64,000 nt of DNA from Octopus bimaculoides (taxonomy: Eukaryota), in the NCBI RefSeq assembly GCF_001194135.2, contig NC_068994.1:22377690-22441689 (forward strand), written 5' to 3'. The notes beneath the pieces are model-generated. The model was not told the DNA's origin and did no database searches. It was given only the letters and a program-made list of their open reading frames with translations. The position numbers and the translations under genes were made by a program. This document shows positions 1 through 11,237 of the stretch, in pieces (the first letter of the stretch is position 1; every line of letters begins with the position of its first letter).

Positions 1-520
1 GAACTGAACGCAGAAACTCCAAACTGATCAACAACAACAAATATTTATTGTACGGTGGAAAATAAAACAGTTTCCAATTGTCCGGTTTTAGAGTAACCTG
101 AAATGTAGATGTACGGTTCTTCGAGTTGGTGTCGTTATAGAGACAACTTGGTTCAACCACACTCAAATGGGAGAGCTTGCTTAGACGTCTTGCTTGGTCG
201 CTGTCAGGCTTGATAAGAGACAGTCTAATAGCGGGAACGCTTCGATGTTGAAACCCACGCATGCGTGGTTAAGGATTCAGTAATGGCGCCTATGCTTTTT
301 GGCGCCAATATGACGTCACTACAGGCTCAAAAACTGGGTTGAGAACAGGCTGTCTCACGTGATCGTATTTATAGGCTCTGATTGGTTATAGGCGGCAAAT
401 TGGTGCGACAGAATAAGAGACATATTACGCCAATATCAACCAATCAGTGTAGTGAACACAACGGGGTCCAAATAGCGGCCAAAGGCTAGCTGTTACCTGC
501 TACGTTCGAATGTACGTACA
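1..520 (-). mobile_element. LTR-like segment, truncated by the window edge
   Basis: On the minus strand it starts TG(TACG), then has CCAATCAGAGCC-TATAAATA (~365-388) and AATAAA (~44-49), the U3-R-U5 order of an LTR. CpG-retaining. Confidence 0.5.
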
Positions 521-559
521 TATAATAAAGGGGAGAGATGAATTTCACTCGAGTGTATG

Positions 560-1520
560 CTACACCTTCTTCACTCAAAGGTACTCAAATTTTCTCTAAC
601 ATAGATTTGGTCCGAACCTACAATCAGAAAGACATGCAAAGTATTAGAATTTACCTTTCTGACTTTTTGAATTTCTTCGAATGCTTTTTTGGCCTAATGC
701 TGCTCAGACTTTTCGGCAGCGGTCAACTCTTTGATGACTTGTTAGTTACGAACCTATCAGATGAAGAACATCTTTGACTATTATCTAAATATTTGAGTCC
801 TCATAGAGTAAATATTTACCTTGGTAAATGCCAAACTGGACATTCTGCATTACGTTTCTTCGGTTAAACGATCAACAAAAAGCAAATTCACACCCTAATT
901 GAGGTAAAATCTATACTCGATTTCCCATTCTTTCTTCGTTGCGTATCTTAGAGAATTTCGGAGCTTCATTAATTTCTGCCGGAGATTTATTCTGTACTGT
1001 GCTGATACAATCAAAACTCTTATTAACTTCAGAACTGAAAGAAGAAAATCGAGCTAGTTGCAATCGATTCCAATCCACTGCTTTAAAGTTTTTTGAAGAC
1101 ATTAGAGACATTCTAGCTGGAGTTACCATGCTAGTACATCGAAAACATAACGCTGCACTTTGCTTGTGGATGCATCTGATTTTAGAGTCGGAACAATATT
1201 GTGTTGATATTCTATTGTTACCCTATATTATCCGAAAGGCTTCTGTATTGGTTTCCACTATTAAAAACTTTATTCTGATAGTTAAATATTCATTTGGAAG
1301 TGAAAAGACAATAAATCTATCAGTAGAGATCGGTTGAAATAAGCTCATTTGGACAATTGCCAGACTTAGCAACAGAGCAGTTCGACTCTAGTATTGCTTC
1401 CTTCATGGTGTATGGTTAATCATTCATCTGCTATTGAAACGCTACTATCTTCTGCCGAATTAGTTCGTCTTCCAGCTGTCTCAAAATTATGGAGGCATGT
1501 GCATAGGGTTTCATGATTTG
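560..1520 (+). mobile_element. Decayed Ty3/Gypsy pol (RT-RNase H, possibly start of integrase)
   Basis: Frameshifted motifs in order: IFSNIDLVRTYNQ, GL.NAAQTFR, DDLLV..SDEEHL, KCQ.G...LRFFG, FINFCRRFI, VDASDFRVGTIL. Confidence 0.85.
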
Positions 1521-1618
1521 AGCAATTACTACGTTGGAATAGGAAAAGGCTGTCGCAGACATCGTTGTGTGGTATGAAGTTTGCTTCCCAGCCACCTATT
1601 TCCACGTTCAGTCCTACT

Positions 1619-1830
1619 GCGTGGCACAAGCCTTGTGAATAAATTTGGCAGGCGGAAACATCTATGTTTGTGCGTCTTTGTGTGTATGATTATTCCCTAC
1701 CACCGCTTGACAACCAATATTGGTTTGTTTACATCTCCGTAATCTAGCGGTTCGGTAAAATAAGCCGATAGAATAAAAACCAGGCTCTAAAAAGTAAGTA
1801 CTAAAGTCGATTCATTCGACTAAAAATAAT
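1619..1830 (+). mobile_element. SINE (family A) 3' fragment
   Basis: Matches the body repeated throughout the window (gcttgacaacc...gtttac...agcggttcgg...gatagaata). Confidence 0.7.
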
Positions 1831-2636
1831 TTGTAGCGGGGATCATCCGAATGTCACGATTCACTGGAATACTGCCCACGTGTTCGACGGAATCTGGCCA
1901 ATTACGACTTCACATGAAATAGGGCTTCAGCGACAAATATCAACTCTTGGCGCTTTTCCTTCTGAGTCTCATGATACTTATAAAATCAACACACGCTACC
2001 GCCAAGACCCAGGAAGCTTTTGAGATATAGCAGAGAGAATATGCAACGACTGGTAGACGACTGGACCTAGCTAATATCATCATGACGAACTATTCAGCGG
2101 AAACACAACGACTACCAGTAACTTTTCTAATACAATAACATCCAAACTTTCTCAACATCTATCATAATACTATTCCAATAACCTTTAAACTCTCTCAACA
2201 TTTGTCGTAATGCTATTTCAATTATACCAAGTACAGTAACATTCAAGCGCTTTCAACCAGAAATAATGTATGTTCGTAAAAACTTCAACAGATTTCGTCA
2301 TTTTCTTCTATGTACAACTGTTGATCTCCGACACTGGAAATAATAGTCAGCACCCAACAACCAATAACCAGTTCACACCAGCAGTCATATACAGCTCCTA
2401 GCAGTCAGCAAATCAGTTCAAGCACAAGTAGTGTCAACATCTAGCAGCCACAAGTACTGGGGTCGATTCATTCGACTAAAAACTTTTTGTAGCAGGGATT
2501 CTAAACTTCACCACTAGATACCACGAGTGAACTACCATAGTTTCATGTGATCGGTCTATAAATTAGCCTATTAGCATGAGGCTGTGGCGTGATATGGTTT
2601 TCTCGAATGTTCTACAATTTGGCTTTTAGTCCACAC

Positions 2637-2637
<1 letters not shown>

Positions 2638-2669
<32 letters not shown>
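2638..2669 (+). repeat. Poly(A)32 tract
   Basis: Seen directly. Confidence 0.95.
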
Positions 2670-2673
<4 letters not shown>

Positions 2674-3068
2674 CGCGTAGCTTAGGGGACAGATGGCCAA
2701 GGGACTATTGTCGCCACAGATCGCCTAGAAGATTTGCATGGATGATTTCGTGTATTTTTGGACCGACCGCATGTTTTCACATAGATAACTTTCTATAATT
2801 TCAGAGCCGTTTTTCTCTTTCCCAGCTGGCAATTATTAATATTGTTCATTATAAATAGCCAACACCAAATATCTTAATGTCTGGCAATAAATATTTCAGT
2901 TAAATGTTCACAAGTTTGCTTTAGTTATAATTCAGGTGACCAACGAAATATAGTTTCATTGACCAGCTGGCGGCAACCACCCCGCGACATCTTCAATGCG
3001 GTGCCCCAACATGACCACAGGCTAATGATTGAAACAAGTAAAAGATAAATGATCCAAGTAATTCTTAC

Positions 3069-3590
3069 TAACGTTGACCAATCCTTGTCGTCTGTTCGTC
3101 TAGAAGCGAATGAATGCAATATATTCTACTCCCGTTAATCTTCTAAAATGTTCATTATATTATGTAGACACAGCGTTCGCACATACATTTTCCCTTTCCT
3201 TCTTGAATATGCACATTCTAACTTTACATATATATACATAAATACATGTAAAACTAGCTTGCACACAAATTAGTTTCATTCAGCTACTGTATTTATTAAC
3301 TTAATCCAATTGGTTAGAAATAAGTTTAGACAAAAAAGATAATCAAAACTCTTTAAAAACATTTTGATAAGCTACAAAACTATTCTGAAACGTTATTTAT
3401 AGCCAAAATACTTTCAGGCAACGTGGTGGGGACATTGCATCCTAGTCACGTGACTGCTTTCAACTAATATGATAATATTTTACCGCTCTTTCCGTATGGA
3501 AATTCAATTCTGCTGGAGTTTGAACATAACTTACCCGAATATAATTATGATGCAGCTCTGAACACGCATACACAAATCGCGTCCAGTCTT
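3069..3590 (-). other. Two candidate small exons (3535-3590, 3069-3099) of an unidentified transcript
   Basis: ttttaaacag|...CGG|gtaagt and cttctag|...TTA|gtaaga in non-repetitive, CpG-retaining DNA; no recognisable protein. Confidence 0.25.
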
Positions 3591-3929
3591 CTGTTTAAAA
3601 CATCATTCACAGATAACTTCAATAAATGATTGAAATACGAAATATTTTAATAAATACATGCACAAAACATTTCTGAATATGGAACTGCATTTTATTCAAT
3701 AATCTAGTATTATCGTATGGTTTCCGACGGAGATTTTGTTTCTTGAACAAAATACACCAGCAGTATTTCTACTTTTGTAATTTGTAATAAAACTATTCAA
3801 ATGCAAAAATGACAAATGGAAATTTACTTAGTCTCCGTGTAATTTCTATTCATTTTGTACATATTACTGAATGTTTACTAAATGCCAAATATTCTAACAT
3901 TCTACTGTCACTTAATTCCCGATGGATCT

Positions 3930-4261
3930 TTTATTTGTTTCAATCATTAGATTGCGGCTACGCTGGGGCACCGCCTTCAAGAATTTTAGTCAAAAGAATC
4001 GACCCCAGTATTTATTTTTTGTTAAGCTTGGTACTTATTTTATTGATCTTTCTTGCTAACATAAACACACCAAAATTGGTTGTCAAGCGGGGCGGGGACA
4101 AGCACACACACACATATATATGACGGGCTTCTTTCAGTTTCCGTCTACCAAATCCACTCACAAGGCTTTGGTCAGCCCGAGGCTATAGTAGAAGGCACTT
4201 GCCCAAGATGCCACGAAGTGGGACTGAACCCGGAACTATGTGGTTGGTAAGCAAGCTACTT
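3930..4261 (-). mobile_element. tRNA-derived SINE (family A), interrupted; its 5' head continues at 6211-6250
   Basis: Body and B-box (gggttcagtccc) at 3930-4261; head gcaggagtggctgtgtgg at 6211-6250. The two halves join through a duplicated target site. Confidence 0.85.
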
Positions 4262-6210
4262 TATTTCATTTCAATTTGCCATAAAGGCAGTATACAGAGA
4301 GTAGCTACGGGCTGGACAAAAACATTAATATGGTATTAATGGGAGAAGACAGGAGCCGCCCGCCGAACTCTGCTTCTCTAAATCAATGTTCTTTTATAAA
4401 TTTACAATTTGAAATGAGGCACTTGCCTCTTACCCTTTTCTTTTTGTGGGCAACAAGCCCTTTCAATATGAGGCACTCGTCCTCTTACATTTTACCGCCC
4501 GACCAGACTCCGTGCTTCACTTAAACACCTCGCTGGTTCTTCATCGGGCAACTTTAGCAAAAAGCGGAAAGCGTCTTTAGGGAAGGAATTCATCACCCTG
4601 CACAAGTCTGTCTCCCACACGACCTCCGCAGTCACCTGCGGAGGCCAGCTAGGGTCCTTGGTACAGGTGAGGATCCCTCTCGTCCGACCCTTCCTGGCAA
4701 ACTTTTTTACAAAATTCTCAACGGACCCTCCCTTGTGGAAGAGGACCACAAATTCCTCCTCCTCATAGGTCGAGGCCTCAGTTTCTACTGTCGGCGGCAC
4801 AATTTCCACCGACAGGCCTTCCTCCGTTCGTGACACAATTCCCACCGACGGAGCTTCGGGACACGCCGGCGCTGCACTTCCGGGCTCCAGCCGTGTCCCG
4901 GTCTTCTTTTTCTGGGGGGGCCACTGGAATAGGACGTACTTCCACCTTAGCCAGAAGGTCCTCCTCCTCCCCCGCAACTTTCGGTGAGCAATCATTGTTG
5001 CTCACCTTCTTTCTTTTCTTCCCTTTCTTCGAAGAAGTGGAAACCTCCTCGACTTTCTCCGTCTCTCCCTCCAATGGGAGAGCGGGGGGGAACAACATTT
5101 ATTAACTGTTCCAGGACCTTACTCTGGTCCAGCGGGCAGTCTTTCTTAATATGACCAGGCTCCAGACACAGGTGACATCCCTCGACTATGACTGGATATC
5201 TCTGCCTGTCCATCCTTAGAAAATCTGGGAGAACCAGATCTCTGGCTGATTGGGTCCATCCAAGCTCTAGTTAATTTCTTTCCACAGTATGTGGGAAGAA
5301 ACAGAATTTTTTGCCCTTCTAAGGGTGTCAAATAGCAACCAAACCGTCGCGTATTTTACACCCCTTGCCATAAACTTAATAGTTGGCAGATATTCTGCCA
5401 ACTCTTTTTCAATTTCAATTTTGGGAAAGACCGTAATGGTGTCCAGTAACCNNNNNNNNNNNNNNNNNNNNNNNNNNNNNNNNNNNNNNNNNNNNNNNNN
5501 NNNNNNNNNNNNNNNNNNNNNNNNNNNNNNNNNNNNNNNNNNNNNNNNNNNNNNNNNNNNNNNNNNNNNNNNNNNNNNNNNNNNNNNNNNNNNNNNNNNN
5601 NNNNNNNNNNNNNNNNNNNNNNNNNNNNNNNNNNNNNNNNNNNNNNNNNNNNNNNNNNNNNNNNNNNNNNNNNNNNNNNNNNNNNNNAATAACAAATTTT
5701 CAGGCCACAACGGTACTCCGGCCCGATTTGATCTTGGCTCCGCTGCAGTTGTCACTTTGCTGGTAAAAATTAAATCCTTTGCGTAGTTCCACGTGGTGTA
5801 GTTCAAAGCAAGAGGAAGACTTTTTTTCAAATTTATTAGCTTTCAAAACTTGGTTTGAAAACAATAAATTCCTTTTCTTTTTTAAACAAAGTTCACAATA
5901 TTTATTTGTAGTTTTCAAATCATGGCTTGAAAACAACAAACCTTTACAAACTAAGCTCACAATTTTTGGAGGAGTGATACCTCCAAAACACTCTTCTCAC
6001 CGTTAAGTGAGACTTTAAGCACAACCACAGGTAGACAAATGCGTGGAATTCAGTGGAGATTTCTTGCTCGAACAAAAATATAAATAAACACGAGCAACAA
6101 ACCCCAACTAAATCCAAAAAACACAAAAGTCTTACCTGCAGTTGTACGTCAAAAATTCACGACGCTGGCCTTCAGCGACGTGAAGCAGGAGCGACAAAAA
6201 ACACGTCCAC
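4262..6210 (-). mobile_element. ORF1-only (HAL1-like) non-LTR retroelement with CCHC zinc knuckle
   Basis: Flanked by a 17-18 bp TSD ttggtaagc(a/g)agctact(t) at 4244-4261 and 6211-6228. Frameshifted ORF1 contains CHLCLEPGHIKKDC (CX2CX4HX4C). The 3' end reads ...ttgaaatgaaataaa. No endonuclease or RT after ORF1. Confidence 0.75.
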
Positions 6211-6564
6211 TTGGTAAGCGAGCTACTTGCCACACAGCCACTCCTGCGCGTATTGTGAGGATTTTCTTGTGAAGTTAGAAACCCCGAACCAAATTTTTTC
6301 GTTTGAAAGCTAACAAATTGGAGAAGAGAGTAAATAAGTTATGTAATTCGTATCCATGTCTTTACAAAGCATATGGGATTGTTTTGAATATATATATAAG
6401 CGACTACTTTATCATATTGTCAAATAATTTTTCAAGTTGACTTATTTTGATGTCGTATACTTTTCTCAATACTTCCCAGCGAGTCCTGGTGCAGCTAGGA
6501 TAAACATGTTTCACTCACATTACTGCAGTGCAACTAACAAAATACTTTTGTAACGAATAGCTTC

Positions 6565-7850
6565 TTAGATTTTAAGCCAGGATTCCAAACAGAGGATAAG
6601 GTCAGGTATTTTGAGGAGTTCAGAGGGACAACTGCAAGCAGAAACGATGGGGCGGCAGGGTTGTTGGGTTTGTGAATTTTAGGAAGTAAATGATGGGGTT
6701 GCATGGAGCAAGGATAATTAGGTTGGAGGCGGTAGAATGGAGGAGGAAATAAGATTGTGAATGGTAGATAAGATGATTTGTTGATAGCGTGACGAGGAAT
6801 TGGAGGGTCGAGGGCGATAGAATGAGGTGTCTTGGAGTGGCGGATAACCTCAGCCTTGAAGAGGTCTGCACATCACACAACCACAGTTTCACCTTTGTCG
6901 ACTGCTTTAATGACGATATCGGAGGCATCGAAGGGCTGAGAGTTCAGCTCAAATGTTGAAATATCGGGGTCGCCTCTGGAAATTGAAACGACATTGGCAA
7001 AACTTGCAACTGGATCAACTGCCTGGAATTGGCCGGGAGTCAGCGTCCAGTGGGATCCTCAGCGGCGAACAAAGTGTTGGACATCAGCTCCGGTTGGAAA
7101 CTCGTTGCTGGACGGAGTGAGTGGTAAGAAACAGAGACCCCTAAGGAGAGAACGCTCGACTTGAGAGAGGGAGAGATCAGGCTGAATAGTAACAAGAGTG
7201 AAGAGGAGAGGGGAGGGTAAGGTGTGGTGGAGGTAAATGTGGTAAGTGGGGAGTGCCTGGAGAGTGGGAGTAGTAGAGGAGTTGGGGAAAAGTTGAAGAG
7301 GGTTAGAGATGGAGAAGGGGTGGGTGTAGAGGCGTGGGATGGGACAGGATGGAGGAGTGACTGAAGTTTGTGGTGTTTTGTGCAAGCAAAAAAGAAAGCA
7401 GTTGAGGTAAAGAATGAAACGAAGGATGGAGTGGGCAGCAGAAGATGGAGTAAGCAAAAGGGAGAAGGCGATCAAGGGGCATATTTTGGAGAGATTAGAG
7501 CAGATGGTGACATGCAAAAGGCAGCAGGAAGTGGTGTGGAGAATGGGTAAGATATTGGAAGCAGAATGGAAGGTAGGTCGGGAATGGAGGCAGTACCTTT
7601 TGGGAAGGAGGTTATGGTGAAGGTAGCAAGTGAGGTAGGATATGTGGCTAGAGAAACAGGTCTTTTTTGAAAATGTATAGGGAAAGTTTGAGAAGGGGTT
7701 GGAGGCAGCAGATAGGAAACATGGTGAGGTTATGTTTGAGATGGTGGTGTAGGTGGAGGAGGAAAGATTTATGATCAGACATATTGGAAGAGAGAGATAG
7801 AAGACAAAGAAAGTAGCAAAGTTAGTAACATAGTACACAAGAAGTTCAAA
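6565..7850 (-). mobile_element. Penelope-like element remnant (N-terminal part of RT)
   Basis: Motifs LLRGLCFLP...NEF...DVQHFVRR, IVIKAVDKGETVVV, YFL(P)KIHKPNNP and RPIVSACSCPSELL are typical of Penelope RT. Confidence 0.85.
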
Positions 7851-8154
7851 AAATTTGAGAAGTCATGGTAGATTGGTTTGATACAAATCAACAACAGTGT
7901 ACAGGAAGATCTGTGATGGTAGAATCTGAGAAGTATAAAGTTCTAATGGTAATCTGGGTGGAGTGGTGGTAATGTGGTTCAGAAGTACCAAAGGTCTGAT
8001 AATTTAAATTTCAGACTGTGAGAAGTTGATGACAGAATTTTCATCTTTGGGCTGATTAGATAAAAACACCAAGTAATCATCATTCCACTTTCTCCATTTA
8101 CATACTTTTCCTTTTGTAGGCCTTTTATACTTTCCATAAACAATACTACGTAGG

Positions 8155-8310
8155 CATAGGAGTGGCTGTATGGTAAGTAGCTTGTTTACAGACCACATGG
8201 TTCTGGGTTCAGTCCCACTGCATGGCACCTTGGGCAAGCGTTTTCTACTATAGCCTTGGGCCGACAGAAGCCTTGTGAGTGGATTTGGTAGATGGAAACT
8301 GACAGAAGCC
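8155..8310 (+). mobile_element. SINE family A, 5' part, ending in (TA)n
   Basis: ggagtggctgtatggtaagtagc...gggttcagtcccactg...ccttgggcaag. Confidence 0.85.
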
Positions 8311-8311
8311 T

Positions 8312-8342
<31 letters not shown>

Positions 8343-8343
<1 letters not shown>

Positions 8344-9073
8344 CTAATGGGTTCTAGGAAATAAGGGCACATTAACGCCTGTGAGGTTAGGGTTGGGAAA
8401 AAGAGAAGGGGTTAGATGCTATAAGCCACCCAGTTCTTTCTGTGAGCTGAAAAGTTGGGAAAAACTACCCTCTAACATACCCTGCCCCGTTTTCCATCAG
8501 AAAAATGCGAACACACAGAATATGTCGGGAAGTATTACTCTTTTTTTTTTTTTTTAACTTGTTTTCAGTCATTTGACTGTGGCCATGCTGGAGCACCGCC
8601 TTTAGTCTAGCAAATCAACCCCAAGACTTATTCTTTGTAAGCCTAGTACTTATTCTATCGGTCTCTTTTGCCAAACCGCTAAGTTACGGGGATGTAAACA
8701 CACCACCATCGGTTGTCAAGCGATGTTGGAGGGACAAACACAGATACACACATATATATATATATGTGTGTGTGTGTGTATGTTTGTGTGTCTGTGTTTG
8801 GCGGTGCTCCAGCATGACCAGTCAAATGACTGAAAACAAGTAAAAAAAAAAAAAAAAAAAGGGTAATACTTCCCAACATATTCAGTGTTTTCAGGTTCTG
8901 TGAGTTTGCATTTTTCTGATGGAAAATGGGGAAGGGTATGTTAGAGGGTAGTTTCCCCCAACTTTGCAGCTCACAGAAAGAACTGGGTGGCTTATAGCAT
9001 CTAACCCCTTCTCTTTTTCCCAACCCTAACCTCATAGACGTTAATGCACCCCTATTCCCTAGAACCCATTAGT
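8343..9073. repeat. Foldback/MITE-like inverted repeat (arms ~8343-8600 and ~8800-9073)
   Basis: actaatgggttctagg...ggagcaccgcc versus ggcggtgctcc...cctagaacccattagt; the arms include the SINE 3' end and its poly(A/T). Confidence 0.9.
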
Positions 9074-10299
9074 ATCACTGCTTACAGCAATAAGCAAAAA
9101 GAGATTTCGAATGACACAAAGCACTTTTATTAGTTTATGAGCTGAATGTTGTTGAAAGATTTCAAAATAAAGAAGCTACTAAAAAATTTTAGACACACAT
9201 GAACCAAAACCTAGATATTTTATGAAAATGATAATTATTTTTATGAATTTGACTGCACAGCTGAGGGATCAATTCATATAGATCAGCTGGTAGATGAGGT
9301 ATCAGCTGCCACTGATTTGCCAAATGCATATTTCACTTCAGTTGAATTATAATTATCTTTATGGCTCCATACACACTGGTCTTTCAAACTGGTAGTTGAA
9401 GATGGCTATTTAAAAGACCAGTGTGTACAGATCACCTTGCACAGAGTAGTAATCAAAATGAAAATTATTTTTTATTTTACTTAATTCTTTTGATATTAAC
9501 CTGCCCAAAATAACCCTGGTTTGTATGATACAAACATTGTTTAACATCCAATTTCCATGCATGCAAGAATAGGATGGTTGACAGGAGCCGGCCAGGTAGA
9601 AAATCTATTCAAAGCTACTGTGTCTGTTTTGGCAGGGATTTTACGGCTGGATACCCTAACACCAACCACTCCACAGAGTAGACTCAGTGCTTTTTACGTG
9701 GCACTAGCAAGGCAAAGTTAGTTTTGGCATGATTTTTCCAGTTGGATGCCCTTCCAGATGTCACCCACATTACAATGTGGACTGGTAGGGTAACCAAGTA
9801 ACTCACAAGACAAGGAATTATGAGAGGGGCAGGGAATTTGTGTCAGGATGAAAGGTAGAGTGTGACAAAGAGACAGAAGCAGGTGTCTTGCCACAACAGA
9901 GAGGACATTAGAGGAGGTGATCCAGTTTCAAATGATGAAAGGTTAGAGTGTAACAGAGAAATAGAGAGGCAGAAATAGGTGTCTTGCTATAGAGGAGGTA
10001 CATGGTTAGAGAGAGAGAGTGGTAAAGAAAGAGGCCAGAAACAAGTGTACTGATGTAAAGGTGATACTTGGTTACCTAGTGAGAGGGAAAAGAAGAGAGA
10101 GAGAGTAGGAAACAGCAAAAGTGTAAGAAAGGGGAGAAGAGAGACAGTGTAGTGCTAGGGTATACTCACAAATAACAAGAATATGAATGTAGAACCTGGT
10201 TAGAAAAATAGGGAGTGATCTAAATTAAAAACCTTCCAATATTTCATGTTATGCTCCATTACACCAGCTTAAGGGCAAAATCATTTTTCTCTCTTTTAC

Positions 10300-10482
10300 T
10301 TGTTTCAGTCATTTGACTGTGGCCATGCTGGAGCACCGACTTTAGTCGAGAAAATCGACCCCAGGACTTATTCTTTGTAAGCCTAGTACTTATTCTATCG
10401 GTCTCTTTTTGCCGAACCGCTAAGTTATGTGGACGTAAACACACCAGCATCGGTTGTCAAGCGATGTTGCGGGGACAAACAC
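10300..10482 (-). mobile_element. SINE family A, 3' part, running into a gap
   Basis: ttgtttcagtcatttgactgtggccatgctggagcacc...tctatcggtctc. Confidence 0.85.
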
Positions 10483-11150
10483 NNNNNNNNNNNNNNNNNN
10501 NNNNNNNNNNNNNNNNNNNNNNNNNNNNNNNNNNNNNNNNNNNNNNNNNNNNNNNNNNNNNNNNNNNNNNNNNNNNNNNNNNNNNNNNNNNNNNNNNNNN
10601 NNNNNNNNNNNNNNNNNNNNNNNNNNNNNNNNNNNNNNNNNNNNNNNNNNNNNNNNNNNNNNNNNNNNNNNNNNNNNNNNNNNNNNNNNNNNNNNNNNNN
10701 NNNNNNNNNNNNNNNNNNNNNNNNNNNNNNNNNNNNNNNNNNNNNNNNNNNNNNNNNNNNNNNNNNNNNNNNNNNNNNNNNNNNNNNNNNNNNNNNNNNN
10801 NNNNAATACTGAAACTTGATGTTTCAAATTAAATTATAAAATCATGAATTTAAACTGGTTTTATAAAATGGAAAGTGCAAAATTTAAGTTGAAACATTAT
10901 CAGACTATTTTATAAAGTGAAATAATGTACTGTTCTACCATTAGCACACTAGCAACATCTACATGAATATTTTGATTTAAATATGGATAGATGCAGGCAG
11001 TCTTAGGCATACTATGATCAGAGATAGGTTGGTAACATAAAGGTAAAGCAAAAAAGTTTATATAAGATTGAAAGAACTAATTAACAAGAAACAAATTCTT
11101 ATGTAAAGAAAAATGTTTATTTTTAAAGCTATTTATAAACTAATTTGAAA

Positions 11151-11237
11151 TCATTTCTTTTTATTTCGGAATTTGCTTTGATTTCTTCGGTTCTTTCCCA
11201 ATCTTCGCTGCTTTTGAGTCCCTTTCTGTTTCTTGTT
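11151..11237 (-). CDS. EBNA1BP2: EBP2 exon 9, coding part (NKKQKGTQKQRRLGKNRRNQSKFRNKKK*)
   Basis: Acceptor ttttttag|; TGA at 11151-11153; AATAAA about 30 nt downstream (11116-11121, minus strand). Confidence 0.9.
   Translation of the reverse strand, partial: NKKQKGTQKQRRLGKNRRNQSKFRNKKK

Noticed and set aside
7059-7838. 259-aa minus-strand ORF as a host gene
   Set aside because: Low-complexity C/T-rich sequence; its C-terminal end is the Penelope ORF remnant.
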